Source: Chromera velia (taxonomy: Eukaryota). From it: a DNA stretch of 54,596 nt. The notes beneath the pieces are model-generated. The model did no database searches. It was given only the letters and a program-made list of their open reading frames with translations, and was not told the DNA's origin. The stretch is taken from assembly GCA_018398765.1 (NCBI GenBank), contig JAHBMJ010000171.1, forward strand, positions 1-54,596, given 5' to 3'. A program made the translations under genes and the position numbers. Below, one piece after another: positions 36,397 to 47,464 of this stretch; position 1 is the stretch's first letter, and each line of letters starts with the position of its first letter.

Positions 36397-39300
36397 TCAT
36401 TCCTCGCTGTCTACCTCTGTCGCTGTCTTCTGCTGCTTCTCTTCACTCTTCTGCTCCGTACCTTCCCCAAGCGGCATGTCAACAGAAGATGCCGCCTCCT
36501 TCTCTTCATTAACAAGAGGAACCTCCTCTGACCCCTCCTGTGCCCCCATCTGAGCCACAACCTCTGCCGCTGCTCCATCCGCCAGAGGGAGAGACAGCGT
36601 CTCCTCTGACCCCGTTGAGACGGCCGTCTCCGTCTCCTCTCCGCCCTGCTCTTCTTGAATGGCCCCCCCGGTCAGAGGACCCACCCGCACGGCCACCTCG
36701 TTCTTCCGTCGCCACGGGAGGGTCAGAGGCGAGTTGTACTGGAAGAGCAGATAGGCGTCCTCCGGGCCCTCCTGCCTCCAGGTGTTCTCCCGTCGCGTCA
36801 GGGGGAGCTGCTCCTTCAGCAACTGCAGCTGCCTCCGCACCTCCGCGGGCGTCGCGAAGCCGCTGAATTCCTTCACTGCCAGAATCCGTGCGGGAACCTG
36901 CAGGAAGACAGAAATGAAAAGAGTGAGAGAGGGATGGGAGAAAGAGACATTTGCTCTCTCCTCTCTAGGAACGAAAGCAGGTCGATGGAAAGAGAGAGAA
37001 CGGCAAAAGAACGAAGGGAGCACACTTGATGCCCCTTCTCCGCTGTACCTCCTGCATGATACCTCTTTTCTCTGCTTGTGTGCACGTGGGTTCCCGTTTC
37101 TTTCCCTGTATGACCGGAGAATCTGGCCGATAAGCTCCCTCTGCCCCCCCCCCCCNCCCCCCCAAAAAAAGAAGTGTGGGCCCATGACGATCATACAGAC
37201 TTTTGCAAGAAAAAAAAAGAGAAGAGAAGAAAAGAGAGCTGCACGCAAGTCTTGCTCGATCTCTCTCACGAATCATCCGTCTCGGTGTTCACCAATCAAC
37301 TTGATTGGTTCGAATCTCTGTCTGGTACAGACCCTACATGCATGCTGTGAAGACCCCCCGAGACGCCTTCCTTCCACCCCTTCCTTACCTGCTGCACGAG
37401 AATATCAAGATCCTTGGGTTCGGGTGCCGAGTCGACATCGAATTCTCCTGGGAGAACGAACTGGAGGAAAGAACGGGAACCTGAGGAGGAGGAACTGGAA
37501 GAGCCCGACGACGAGGCTTTGCTGGAGTTTGTGGGCATTGCTGTGATCACAGGAGTGGTCATTTCCATCTTCACGCCCCCCTCCTCGACCAACACTCTGG
37601 ACGCCCCCACAGAAGACTCCATCGGGGTGTTTTTGCCAAACAGGTAGGCAGCCAGACGGTTAAACGCAGACCCCTGCTTCTCGAACTCAGACCCCTCTCC
37701 CTTCATCTCCACAGAGGCGACCACGAAGGGGGAGTACTCCCGAATTTGCACACCATAACTTCCGTACACAAGTACTCTGGAAACACGCACACGAACACAG
37801 ACAGTGAGGACAAAAATTGAAATGAAAGTCAAGGGGCATTTCTTTTGGATAGAGAGAAAGGTAAGACGAAGAGAGCAAACGCGTACGGAGCAGGAGCCTG
37901 AGCTCGAGACGCAAGCTGTGGCTCAGAACAACAGAACATAGTGGATAGATGCAACTATTCGTCTGTCTGTCTTCCTGATCCAAGTCACACAAATGCCTCT
38001 GTTTGATTCCCTCCTCTCGGTCTTCTCGTCCGTCGCTTCTCCACCCCAGCCTCTATCCTTACGGCTTTCTCGCCCATCCGCTTGAGCATCACGCCCCCTC
38101 AATTCATGCTTTCTCGCCTCGCATCCGGAAGGAAACGAAGCACAGACAAGAGAAAAGGTGGAACAGATGACCTTGGCCTCTAAGCATAATGTTCTGCATG
38201 TGCACAGACACGAACCATTCCAGTAAGCACACGCTCTCCATCCAACCGCCCGTCCTATCTACCTACCTGTAATCAGGTGTCTCCAGTCCCTCGGGCGTCC
38301 GACTGAGGGCATTTCTGGTCTCTCTGATCAGTGAAGCCACGGGGGGGTTCGTCACCAATCTCAAAGGGTCCACTGCCATGATGCCCTTCGCTCCACTCCC
38401 ACCACACATCACTCCACCCTTTCCTTTGCCTTTGCCATTTCGGCCTCCTCTCAACCTCTCCCTTTTCTCCTTCACTGCCTCCAAGATTCTCTCGGCAGCC
38501 TGCACGAACAGCAACGAAGAATACACAAAAGATTGACGGACCACGTTCCCCTCCTCATTTCGTCATGCTGTCTCTTAGAACCTTTCAGACTCTTTCAACA
38601 TCTCACAAGAGGCATTTCAATCGGTCACACAAGAAGGCAGCAACCAAAAGCTCAAACCCAGTTTCCTTCCAACAAAGAGGAGACACATGGTATCCCTTTT
38701 TGGTCTGGTCAGTGTTCTTTCTAAAACGCCTTTCAAGAGAAAACGTCAGCTGACGGGACGGACTGCCAATGCAGCTCTCTGTCCGGGGAACAGACGGATC
38801 GGAGTTGCCATTTCTTCAAAGCAGTCAAAGGTCAACCGGACCCCGCCTTTATGACAGACACAGCTCAGAGTGCTTCCATTGGTACGACGTAGCCAGACTT
38901 CCCCGCCCGCTCACGCACAGATAGAGCGGAGGCACAGTGGCAGCCACGCCCCCTCCACGAAATCCCCCATGCAGACCTTCAGCATCTCTGACTGATTCAT
39001 TTCGGTGTTCTCTTAGGCATCTACGCGCAAACTCTGCATGAAAAATTCATGTCCAAGAGGACAGACCGACCGACCTTGGGGATTTCCTTCTGACCGACCG
39101 ACCTTGGGGATTTCCTTCTGAAGGGAGGGAAGGATGTCGTCTCCCAGTTGCCGTCTCAGGTCATCCAGCTCTTCAGATCTGCTCACACAACAACAGGCAA
39201 ACCAGAGGGAGCATCAGTTGGACGAAAGCCTCACATCAACCGACCAACCAACCAAGCAGGCCACGAAGACGTGTTATTTGAACCTCCTGATCATGAGTCA

Positions 39301-40260
39301 AGCAGCCCATATCAACATCCGACCGCGTCTTGTCTAGGGAGCTCAGTCTTCCTTTTGGATGCATCTCCCCATCCACGGAAAGTCCTATGATTCCTCTCCG
39401 TCCCAGTCCCTGCTCCTAACCCTCCGTTTGGCTCTTCTTTCTCTACGACAGACGGAACGGAGCCTGAGAGAAAGACTCTTCTCTTTTTTCGTTCAACTCA
39501 CGTCGGACGCGCACCCTGGAGGAGATCCAGGCCCTCCTTCTGAATCTCTGGGGCTTCCTTCAGGAGATCCTGCACGAGGGAGGGCAGATGCGTAAGAGAG
39601 GAAAGTTGAAGGTCAGCTGAAGCGCAGCGAAGAATGAATCATGGGAGGGAAAGAGAGAATGGCACATAAACACTCACACCCACACACGAGCACCGGGAAA
39701 GAGCATCACGACGTTCGGCTCTCACCTGAACGAGAATTTGTTTTTGGCTCAGAGAGGTGTCCAAGCTGATCAGCTGCTCCAGTTTGTCCTGCAGAGTTCA
39801 GATAGGCAGGCAAAGAAAAACTCAAATGTGACTGAAAATAAAAACGAGAGCTTGGATTATGAGAGACCATAACTTGGATGTGTCGTAAGGAACCTGAAGT
39901 TCGAAAGGTCGGCAAAGGCTTGAACGCATGTGAGTGCTCAAGTTCGACTATCTCCTTCTTTCTTTCCTTCTCATTGTGTCTTGAGTCCCGAGAGAAACTC
40001 GAGAGACCTACCTCCCATGCCATGACTTTGTCTTTCGTCGCGCGCTCTTCCGTCTCCTTTCGAGCAGCACCCATCCGAGTCCCCCGACCAGAAAGGCTTA
40101 TTGACACGTCCTGAGGAAGAAGAAAGCCTGCAGACAGAGGGGTAGCAATTCACGATGCATCGACTCAGAGTCCCGCAGAAATTCTTGAGCGAAGATTGAA
40201 GAAACCTTCCAAAATAGAGGCAAGACTGACCCTGTTGCCTCCTCCAGGTGGGCAAGCCAT
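36397..40260 (-). CDS. SOUL heme-binding protein family, multi-exon (firm exons 38267-38499, 37389-37776, 36397-36897; 5' exons tentative)
   Basis: LETPDY|RVL..QIREY..AFNRLAAYLFGKN..MEMTTPV..FVLP..APEP, then AVKEFSGFAT..QYNSPLTLPWRRKNEV, all SOUL/HBP family motifs. Confidence 0.88.
39064..39119. repeat. Perfect 28-bp tandem duplication
   Basis: gaccgaccgaccttggggatttccttct occurs twice. Confidence 0.95.
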
Positions 40261-40559
40261 CGATGAGACCCACAGCGCACAGCAAGATTGAGACAGTGCG
40301 CATACTTAAGACTTTTAAATCACTCAGAATTCACTTGATCAGCTGCACTCTTGTTCCCGAGCTGTTCTGAGGCTGGAGCGTGGATCCTGCTTAAATCTTC
40401 AAGTTACCAACGAGATTTGACCTCTTTGGGATACCAGGACTGATTAACATCAAAAGTCTGTTCCATACGGAAAAGACCTGGGTGGATCTTAAGGATGACT
40501 CACTCCAGTATAGGTGAATACTGATGGTCTTGCAAACTGCCTTTCAAGACTATACGTGG

Positions 40560-40810
40560 AGACTGCATGCATAAAGCTCGATCAACGATCGAAGATCGAT
40601 TCGATCGACTGCAGGCATGGGCCGCGGCGGCGCCGCTCGAATTTCGTCCTGCTGCGCTCCGTGCGGCGGCGCTCCGCTCAGCACGTGGCGGTCCCGGCCG
40701 CTTATTCTGGCACGCAAAAGCCGAGCGCGCGAGTGCTGAATCACTGCTGATCCCGGCCATGCAGTTGCGCGCAGTCATGCAGCCGGCCTGCATGGCCGGG
40801 TCGCTGCGCG
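40560..40810. promoter_or_regulatory. CpG-rich putative bidirectional promoter
   Basis: GC-rich island with TGCATGCA (~40564) and CGATCG repeats, lying between two divergent genes. Confidence 0.45.
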
Positions 40811-41290
40811 TCCAGATGAGCAAACGAACTCTTCAAAAAAGTGATTCGGAAAGACCTCAGGAATGACGAGGCTTCGATCGCCTCATGGGCATCGAGCTGC
40901 AGCCACATGAAGACTGTCACTTCATTTCAACTAAGCTTTGGCAATTCACCCTCTACTGGATAGAACATCTTCAGATACTGTTTGCTTCTTCTGCCGTCTC
41001 TCAAGCTCTTGACTTCTGAGCCCGTCTCTTCTCTTCTTTCAGCTGAATCGAATCAAAATGATGAAGTCCATCTGTTCGGTTGCTATCTCATTAGTCTTGG
41101 CCTGCAATGCTCAAGATGCTCAGGGGTCAACTGTGCCAAGTATTCCTCCGTCCGACAGTCGACCTGCTGAAACGTTGAATGAACTGGAAAGCAGTGACAC
41201 CAGACTGAATTTCACTTCTCTCGCTCATTTCTGAGTGGCTCCTCCAATCAGACTTCATCCTCTGTCCCTCCTTCCCCTGTCGCTGTGCAG

Positions 41291-41548
41291 CCTGCTACAG
41301 CCCCCATCACCCCTCCAGAGGAGGTCGGGGTGGTGACTCCAGAGGAAGAGACGGTGGAGGAGTTGGATAAGCAGAACTACGGGTACGTGAATGGCCCCTG
41401 GTTTGACCAGCGTCGGCAGAACTACTTCAACGGAGGGTACACCCAGAACTTCAACCAGTGGAACGGCAACAACTTCGGTCACATCGGCACCGTGTTTGGA
41501 GGGGGGTACCGGGGACGCCGTCTTCAAGGAGAAGTCGAGGAGGAGCAG
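41291..41548 (+). CDS. Exon of a small Asn/Gly/Tyr-rich protein (gene about 41058-41889)
   Basis: cag|PATAPITPPEEV..QNYGYVNGPWF..NYFNGGYTQNFNQWNGNNFG..GGGYRGRRLQGEVEEEQ|gtcggc; codon usage is strongly C/G-ending. Confidence 0.7.
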
Positions 41549-42288
41549 GTCGGCCACTCAACATTCTGGATGGACTTCCCTCCCTTTCCTTTCCACTCAG
41601 ACAGACTCCCCCCTCTCTTTCTTTCTCTTCGCTTCGCTTTCCTAACGATACACTCCACCGTGTCAGTCTCCATGTCCTTTGAATCTGGCTGTCCCTCCAT
41701 TTCCACCACAGCCCCTTCTCCCCTCTCTCTCGAGCTAACCTCAGTGTTCGCAGTAGTGACTGTACGTCTTGTTTTCTTTCTCCTTCGTTTCCCTCGTATC
41801 CACTTATTTGTACAAACCTTCCCCTTTCTCCCTCTCCCCCTCCAGATAGTCCTTCTCAGACAGTGCCTTTGTCTCTGCAGATCTGCTGAGGGCGCATGTT
41901 GCAAGCCGGTGCATGCAGTCACTTGATCTTACCACAGAAACTCTTGCAGAAAGATCTTGTGACTCGATCCACTCTCTGCTTGTTCTAGTGCTTAATTGTT
42001 CGAATCATTGGTTCGTCTGAATCGTCTCCTAACTCTGTATGCTCGGTGTAGTGCTCGGTCTGAGGCTTTCTCTTAGGTTTTTAAAAATTGAAACATTGCA
42101 TGGTCGTGATACTAATTAAAATATAGAAATGTATCATACTTTCAACGCTCATTCATATCCGGCCTAGCTCAGACTATAAATTAAAAGACCGTATTACTAA
42201 ATTATCTTCAAGGGGTGTTCTACTAGTAGACTCTAGAGCTAGCTCTAGAACATGTTTTGATCGACTCTTTTAACTTTTGAGTATATAT

Positions 42289-42352
42289 ATGAACATGGGC
42301 TGCTGGGAGCACGGCTCCACTCTAGCAAAGCCAACTTCATTCATTCATTCAT
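42289..42352 (+). mobile_element. Tiny SINE-like element with (TTCA)n tail, copy 2
   Basis: Core identical to the reverse complement of 5900-5967; flanked by (TA)n on both sides. Confidence 0.75.
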
Positions 42353-42356
42353 ATAT

Positions 42357-42585
42357 ATAAGGAATTCATGTGTCAGAACAGAGTTCGGGGAGGAGAGGAT
42401 GAGCGAATGCGCCTCACCTTAAATAAGTCAATGTGGATCGATCAGTTTCTCCTATACGGTGCATGCACAGTTTGTAGTGTTGCAGATTTGCATAGCTTAT
42501 AGCGCGCTGAGCCTAGGCTGAAGTCCTTGGGACCACGGCTATAAAAGGCCGGCGTCAATCGACCCCAGACGCAATCTCCAACAAT
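42357..42585 (-). repeat. 3' LTR of element 2
   Basis: Matches 46115-46347 with 19 substitutions and one 4-bp indel. Confidence 0.93.
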
Positions 42586-42719
42586 CACCCCCTGACTCGA
42601 ACATTCACAGGAGAGTCACCTCTTTTCTTAGCTTTCAATCGACATGTCTTTGCGAAATTCACCATTCCTCTCTTCACATGCCCTTCCTTCTTCACTTCAA
42701 CCTGAGACGCTTGACTCCC

Positions 42720-44250
42720 TCTCTCCTTTTCCAACTTGTACTTTGTGTATCTGTCTGCCCGCTGCCGATCAGTAGAAACCTAAAGCACCCGCGCCTTCAA
42801 CGCTCTCAGCTCCTGCTGCACATATTTCAACAATCTATCCATCCGAGGCTCTCGCTTCGAATATCCACTCTCCAATTGCTCCATGAGAGGAGCGCTGTCT
42901 GTATAAATCTCCACCTCCAGCGGCTTCATCCACAATGCCTCTGCAAGACGCTTCCATTGAAAAGATTGTTTCACACCATCTATAAGCGCACAAAGCTCTG
43001 CAGAAGTCGAAGAAATCAGCTTCCTTTTGATTCGTTTGCTCTTCTATGCCACCAGATTCATTCTTCTCATTCCCTCAATCTTTTCCTTCTTGTCAACCAA
43101 GTAAGCCTCAAAGCTCCCTCTTCCTTCACAACGGGAAAGAGATTCTGAATACGCAGCATCCAGAAATAAAGCAAGCTTTGGATCAATCACGCCCTCAAAG
43201 CGTAAACTGTTGTTCTTTTCACAAGCTCTGATGAAGGTAAGCAAAGCAGCAACAAGCTTTGAACCAGTCAGGCGGGAACTGTAATGAGACAACTCACTGA
43301 AAACGAAAGTAAGATCGGTAGACGTCTGACATACCTAACCAAGCACACCCATCATTTTCATCATCACTGCAACCAGGTCTTCTTCTTTCTCTTCTTCCTT
43401 CTCTTCATTCAGCATCTCAGGGGAAAGAGACTTGCGAGGCAAATCATCTGTCTGAACAGGAATGGACTTCAAGTATGCCTCCTGGCTGATCTCAAACCCG
43501 CTTTCATTCTTTCTCACCTCCAAACCCGTGTAGCCCATTTCATCCCCCGCAGAGAGAATTTCTGGCTCATCCATCTTTAAACGCTGTCTTAAAGGTTCAA
43601 AGTCACGAGCAGGGTCAGCAAAGAAAATGAGCAAATCATCAACGTGTACAGCCATCACTGCTTTCACCTTCTTCTCTTCATCCTTCAACACAAAGATGCT
43701 CTGAACGATTTCCTCCCATCCTTTTTCTGCTGCAATCCGTTTGAAATGCTTTCCATACAGACGAGGGGCATCTTTCAATCCATATATGGCTCTCTCTAGC
43801 TGACCGATAACTCCAGGTGTGAATCCTTCCGGGGAACCCGTCGGGACGCGTCCTGGCAGCTGCACAAATACCTCATCATAAATAGATGCAGTCAGGAACG
43901 CAGTGTGCATATCTGACTTACCAATCGTCCACCCCTGACTGGATGCAAACGTAAAGCAAACCAAAAGAGCCCACCAAGCAGCTGTCCCACTGTACGTCTC
44001 AACGTTCTTTCGGTCATCTTAAAATCCTTTGCACACAAGACGGGCTTTTGGCTTTCTCTCTTTCCCTTTCATCTTCCATATCAGCACCCATCTGGTTTTC
44101 ATTGCTCTTCTCTTCTATGGTATTCATACTCCGTTTATTTTCAACACTTTATTCTCCTCAAAGCTTTTTAATTCCCCTCACATCGCTTCATCAAAGAGGC
44201 CTTTCTCTATCTCCTCTTCTTTTACATCAATGTGCCCCTTCCTTGGGTTC
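42720..44250 (-). pseudogene. pol: RT and RNase H of element 2
   Basis: TRWVLIWK..KARLVCKGF*, SDMHTAFL, LERAIYGLKDAPRLY, VHVDDLL, FLDAAY, IYTDS. Confidence 0.92.
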
Positions 44251-44616
44251 ACATGCTTCATCATCTGGTCGACCACTTTCTTATCTACCACAAGTCTCTG
44301 TAGCGCCTTCCTGAATCCATTTCCTTCTCTCCTCACTTTTTTCCTTTCACCCTCCTTACTATCATCCTGTGCTCACTGCACCCTCTTCCCTTTCTGTGCT
44401 CCCTGCACTTTCTTATCATCCTGTGCTTCCTGTACTCCCTCCGTTTTTCTGCTGCCTTGCTGCTCTCCTTCACGTGCAAGAAAGCTAGCCAAGGCTGCGG
44501 CCCCCCCAGACTCCCCAAGCAAGTTGAGGCCAAACAACGAATCGTCATCTGGAATATCTGGCGGGACGACTTCTCCTTCTCCCTCTTTCTCTGCTGGCTG
44601 CGCTGCCTGAACAGGT

Positions 44617-46071
44617 TCACGACCCTGTCCTGACTGCTTTTCCTTTTCCTCTCCACCCCCCACCCCCTGCTGCTGACTTCGCAACTCCAGGTGGCCTGCC
44701 TGAAGTTGAGAGCCTGCTGCAAATGGAGGAGGGAAAGGGACAGGTGCAGAAACAGAAGACACAGACTCTCCCACAATACGATCCAGCTGCCTGACGGCCG
44801 CTGACAGAACAGTTCTTCTCGAAGTGGCTCGTGTCTTGGCACCACCAGCACCTCTTCGGTCCCCACGGCTGCTGCTGCTGTTGAGGGGGAGACTGCTGGG
44901 AGGAGCGCTGACCGTTCTGTCTGTTCTCCTGATTTCTGAATCCACCAGATCCCCGACCCCGTCTCTGCTGGCCTCTGAAGGCTTTCTCTCTGCCCCCACT
45001 CTGCCTTTGTCTCGCCTTGATCTCTACATCTCGATCAAAGGACGTAAACCACTCGAGCTCCTTCTTCAGAGTGGCATAGTCAATCTGTCTGAGATCCAGC
45101 TGCCCCCCCAATCCAGGAAGTTTCGATCTGAGGGAGTTGACGAGCTTCATACGCTGGTCGTCCGTGAGGGCGTTGACGATCATGATAACCTTGGCGGGAT
45201 CTGCGATCTCCCACTCCGCGTCGTCGGAATCGAGGAGGAGATTCTCGAGTCTCTGGTCGATCTTCGCGAACGATAGCACCACACCGCTTGGGATAACGAC
45301 ACGACCGTTCCGATCATGGTGGTCGAGGAGCCATGGGAAGACCTGCACACGCTCTTGCACAGCTAGCTGCATCGCCAGCAGGGTTGAGGAATACTCTTGC
45401 TTCATCTTCTCTACAATATCCTCAGGGTTCACCCGCTTCCATCTCCATCTCCTCATATCTCTCCTGAAGGCCTGAGCATCACTTCCTGCCTTGTTCAGCA
45501 CGACGATGATGTTGGATCTCTACTCCTCTGTCGACTGGAAGTGCTTTCTCTGTAGGTGCATATTGGAGAACTCCCCCCACTGCGACGCAAAGTCAACAAT
45601 CTCCTTCTTTCCAGCGAATTTCAGGCAGGTGGTCAGGTCCACTTTCTTCGACTGCTTCGATGATCTCTTCTTTCTGTATGTGGAACCCACTCTCTGAGCT
45701 GCAGAGTGGCGAGAAGACGCATCGGAAGATCCACTCACATCAGACGAGTTGGAGTGGGAGGGAGACGGGTCCTTGTCCGAGAAGAAAGCCACGGCGTCGA
45801 AGGGCTTTCGGACTTTCTAAGCCTGAACGGCTCCAGGTGCAAACAGAGAAACAGAGGAAATTCTTTCTTTCTTCTCCACCACTGCGGCACTGATTCGACT
45901 AGGTGGAATCCATCTGTCTAACGAGTCTTCTACTCTCTCCTCCCGCTGGCCTGGAGGCGCAGCATCTCTTCGATCGAACTCTGCACTGAGTCTGGATACT
46001 TCAGCGCTGATCGGTTCAAGGGCATCATTGAGTAAGCCCCTGAAAAAGCTTTTCATGTCTTCAAAGTTCAT
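44617..46071 (-). pseudogene. gag: Gag of element 2 (split by stops)
   Basis: Consecutive ORFs in one frame end in the canonical CCHC knuckle CWWCQDTSHFEKNC. Confidence 0.8.
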
Positions 46072-46114
46072 CTTGACAACAAAGTGGCAATAAATCAGTC
46101 TGACACACTGATCT

Positions 46115-46347
46115 ATAAGGAATTCATGTGTCAGAACAGAGTTCAGGGAGGAGAGGATGAGCGAATGCGCCTTTCCTTGAATAAGTCAATGTGGATCGAT
46201 CAGTTTCTCCTACACGATGCATACACAGTTTGTAGTGTTGCAGATTTGCATGCATGGCTTGTAGCGTGCTGAGCCCAGGCCGAAGTCCCTGGGACCGTGG
46301 CTGTGAAAGGCCGGCGTTAATCGACCCCAGACGCAATCTCCAATAAT
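46115..46347 (-). repeat. 5' LTR of element 2
   Basis: Direct repeat of 42357-42585. Confidence 0.93.
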
Positions 46348-47105
46348 ATATTTTTGGTTTAATCATCAGATAATTATAAGATATTTATTAATTTACACTA
46401 AATTAAGCTATAAGCTCTGCATGCACTTTTAAAAAAAAGAAAAAAAAAAATGTTACTGATAGTTTTTTTTAGATATCATGATCGGTACAACAACACTTGT
46501 TTTTTGTACAACACATGGGGTCTAGATACGGAAGGGGGGGTGGCGTAGTATGTAGAGACCTGCCTAGGGGCTACGCCTTAAGGGCGTTGTATATAAAGGT
46601 ATTTTGCCCTAGAGGCAATGCCCCTAGGGTGTTGTGTTGAATGTATAAGGTCTTAGACAGGCTACACCCCTTCATTGACAAAAAATTGAGCTAAACTCAC
46701 GAATAATCATATTGTGCTAGTCAGATCTAGCCAAATCTAGCCAATTTACATCAGCCTATGCCCTTTAATATATCATGCAAAATCTAGTTGACGTAGTACT
46801 AGTCATTATAGATCAAAATCAAACATGATTCATTCATTCTTGTTTATTGTGGAAGAAGGTCTTTGTCAGCATACATATCTGAATAAAAGGGCTTTTGAAC
46901 GCTCGTCTATCGCCTTGCATGGAAAGCGCTCTTCCAACGCCTCCCTACGACCTTCTACGCCCCTGTAGGGGCGTTGTATATAGCCGTCAGCCAAAGGCCG
47001 ACGCCTCCCCCCCGAGGCGCTATATACGTACATACAAAGCCGACAACGCCCCTTTATAGGGTGTTGTGATAGCAATTCTAGACCCTTATTATAACACTAC
47101 ACTGC

Positions 47106-47464
47106 AACTATAGTGTATCACAATGAGAATTTCTAGAACCTTTTGTGTCACAATGATTTATGAGTCAAATTGTGACACAATAATTATGATTTTAAGATTT
47201 TTTGACTGATTCAATAAAATCACACTCTTGTGTGAAAAAAATAGTTGTAGATTGTGTGTTTATGGTGTTTGGCGCGGGTTGACACGCGTCGTAGGGTATG
47301 TGTTTACACTGGAACTATAGTGTATCACAATGAGAATTTCTAAAACCTTTTATGTCACAATGATTTGTGAAACAATAATTGTGATTTGAGAACTTTTGAC
47401 TGATTCAATTAAATCACACTTATGTATGATAAAATTAGTTGTAGATCGCGGCTTGACACGCGTC
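47106..47464. repeat. Diverged tandem duplication (47106-47290 and 47313-47464)
   Basis: Both units begin aactatagtgtatcacaatgagaatttcta and end ttgacacgcgtc. Confidence 0.85.

Larger units (their letters stand above)
42357..46347 (-). mobile_element. Ty1/copia LTR retrotransposon lacking PR and IN (element 2)
   Basis: LTRs at 46115-46347 and 42357-42585; PPT tcagggggtg (42586-42595); TSD atat or tatat; gag, RT and RNase H remnants. Confidence 0.93.

Noticed and set aside
46517..47085. Possible TIR element (gggtctaga/tctagaccc)
   Set aside because: The inverted match is short and no TSD was found.
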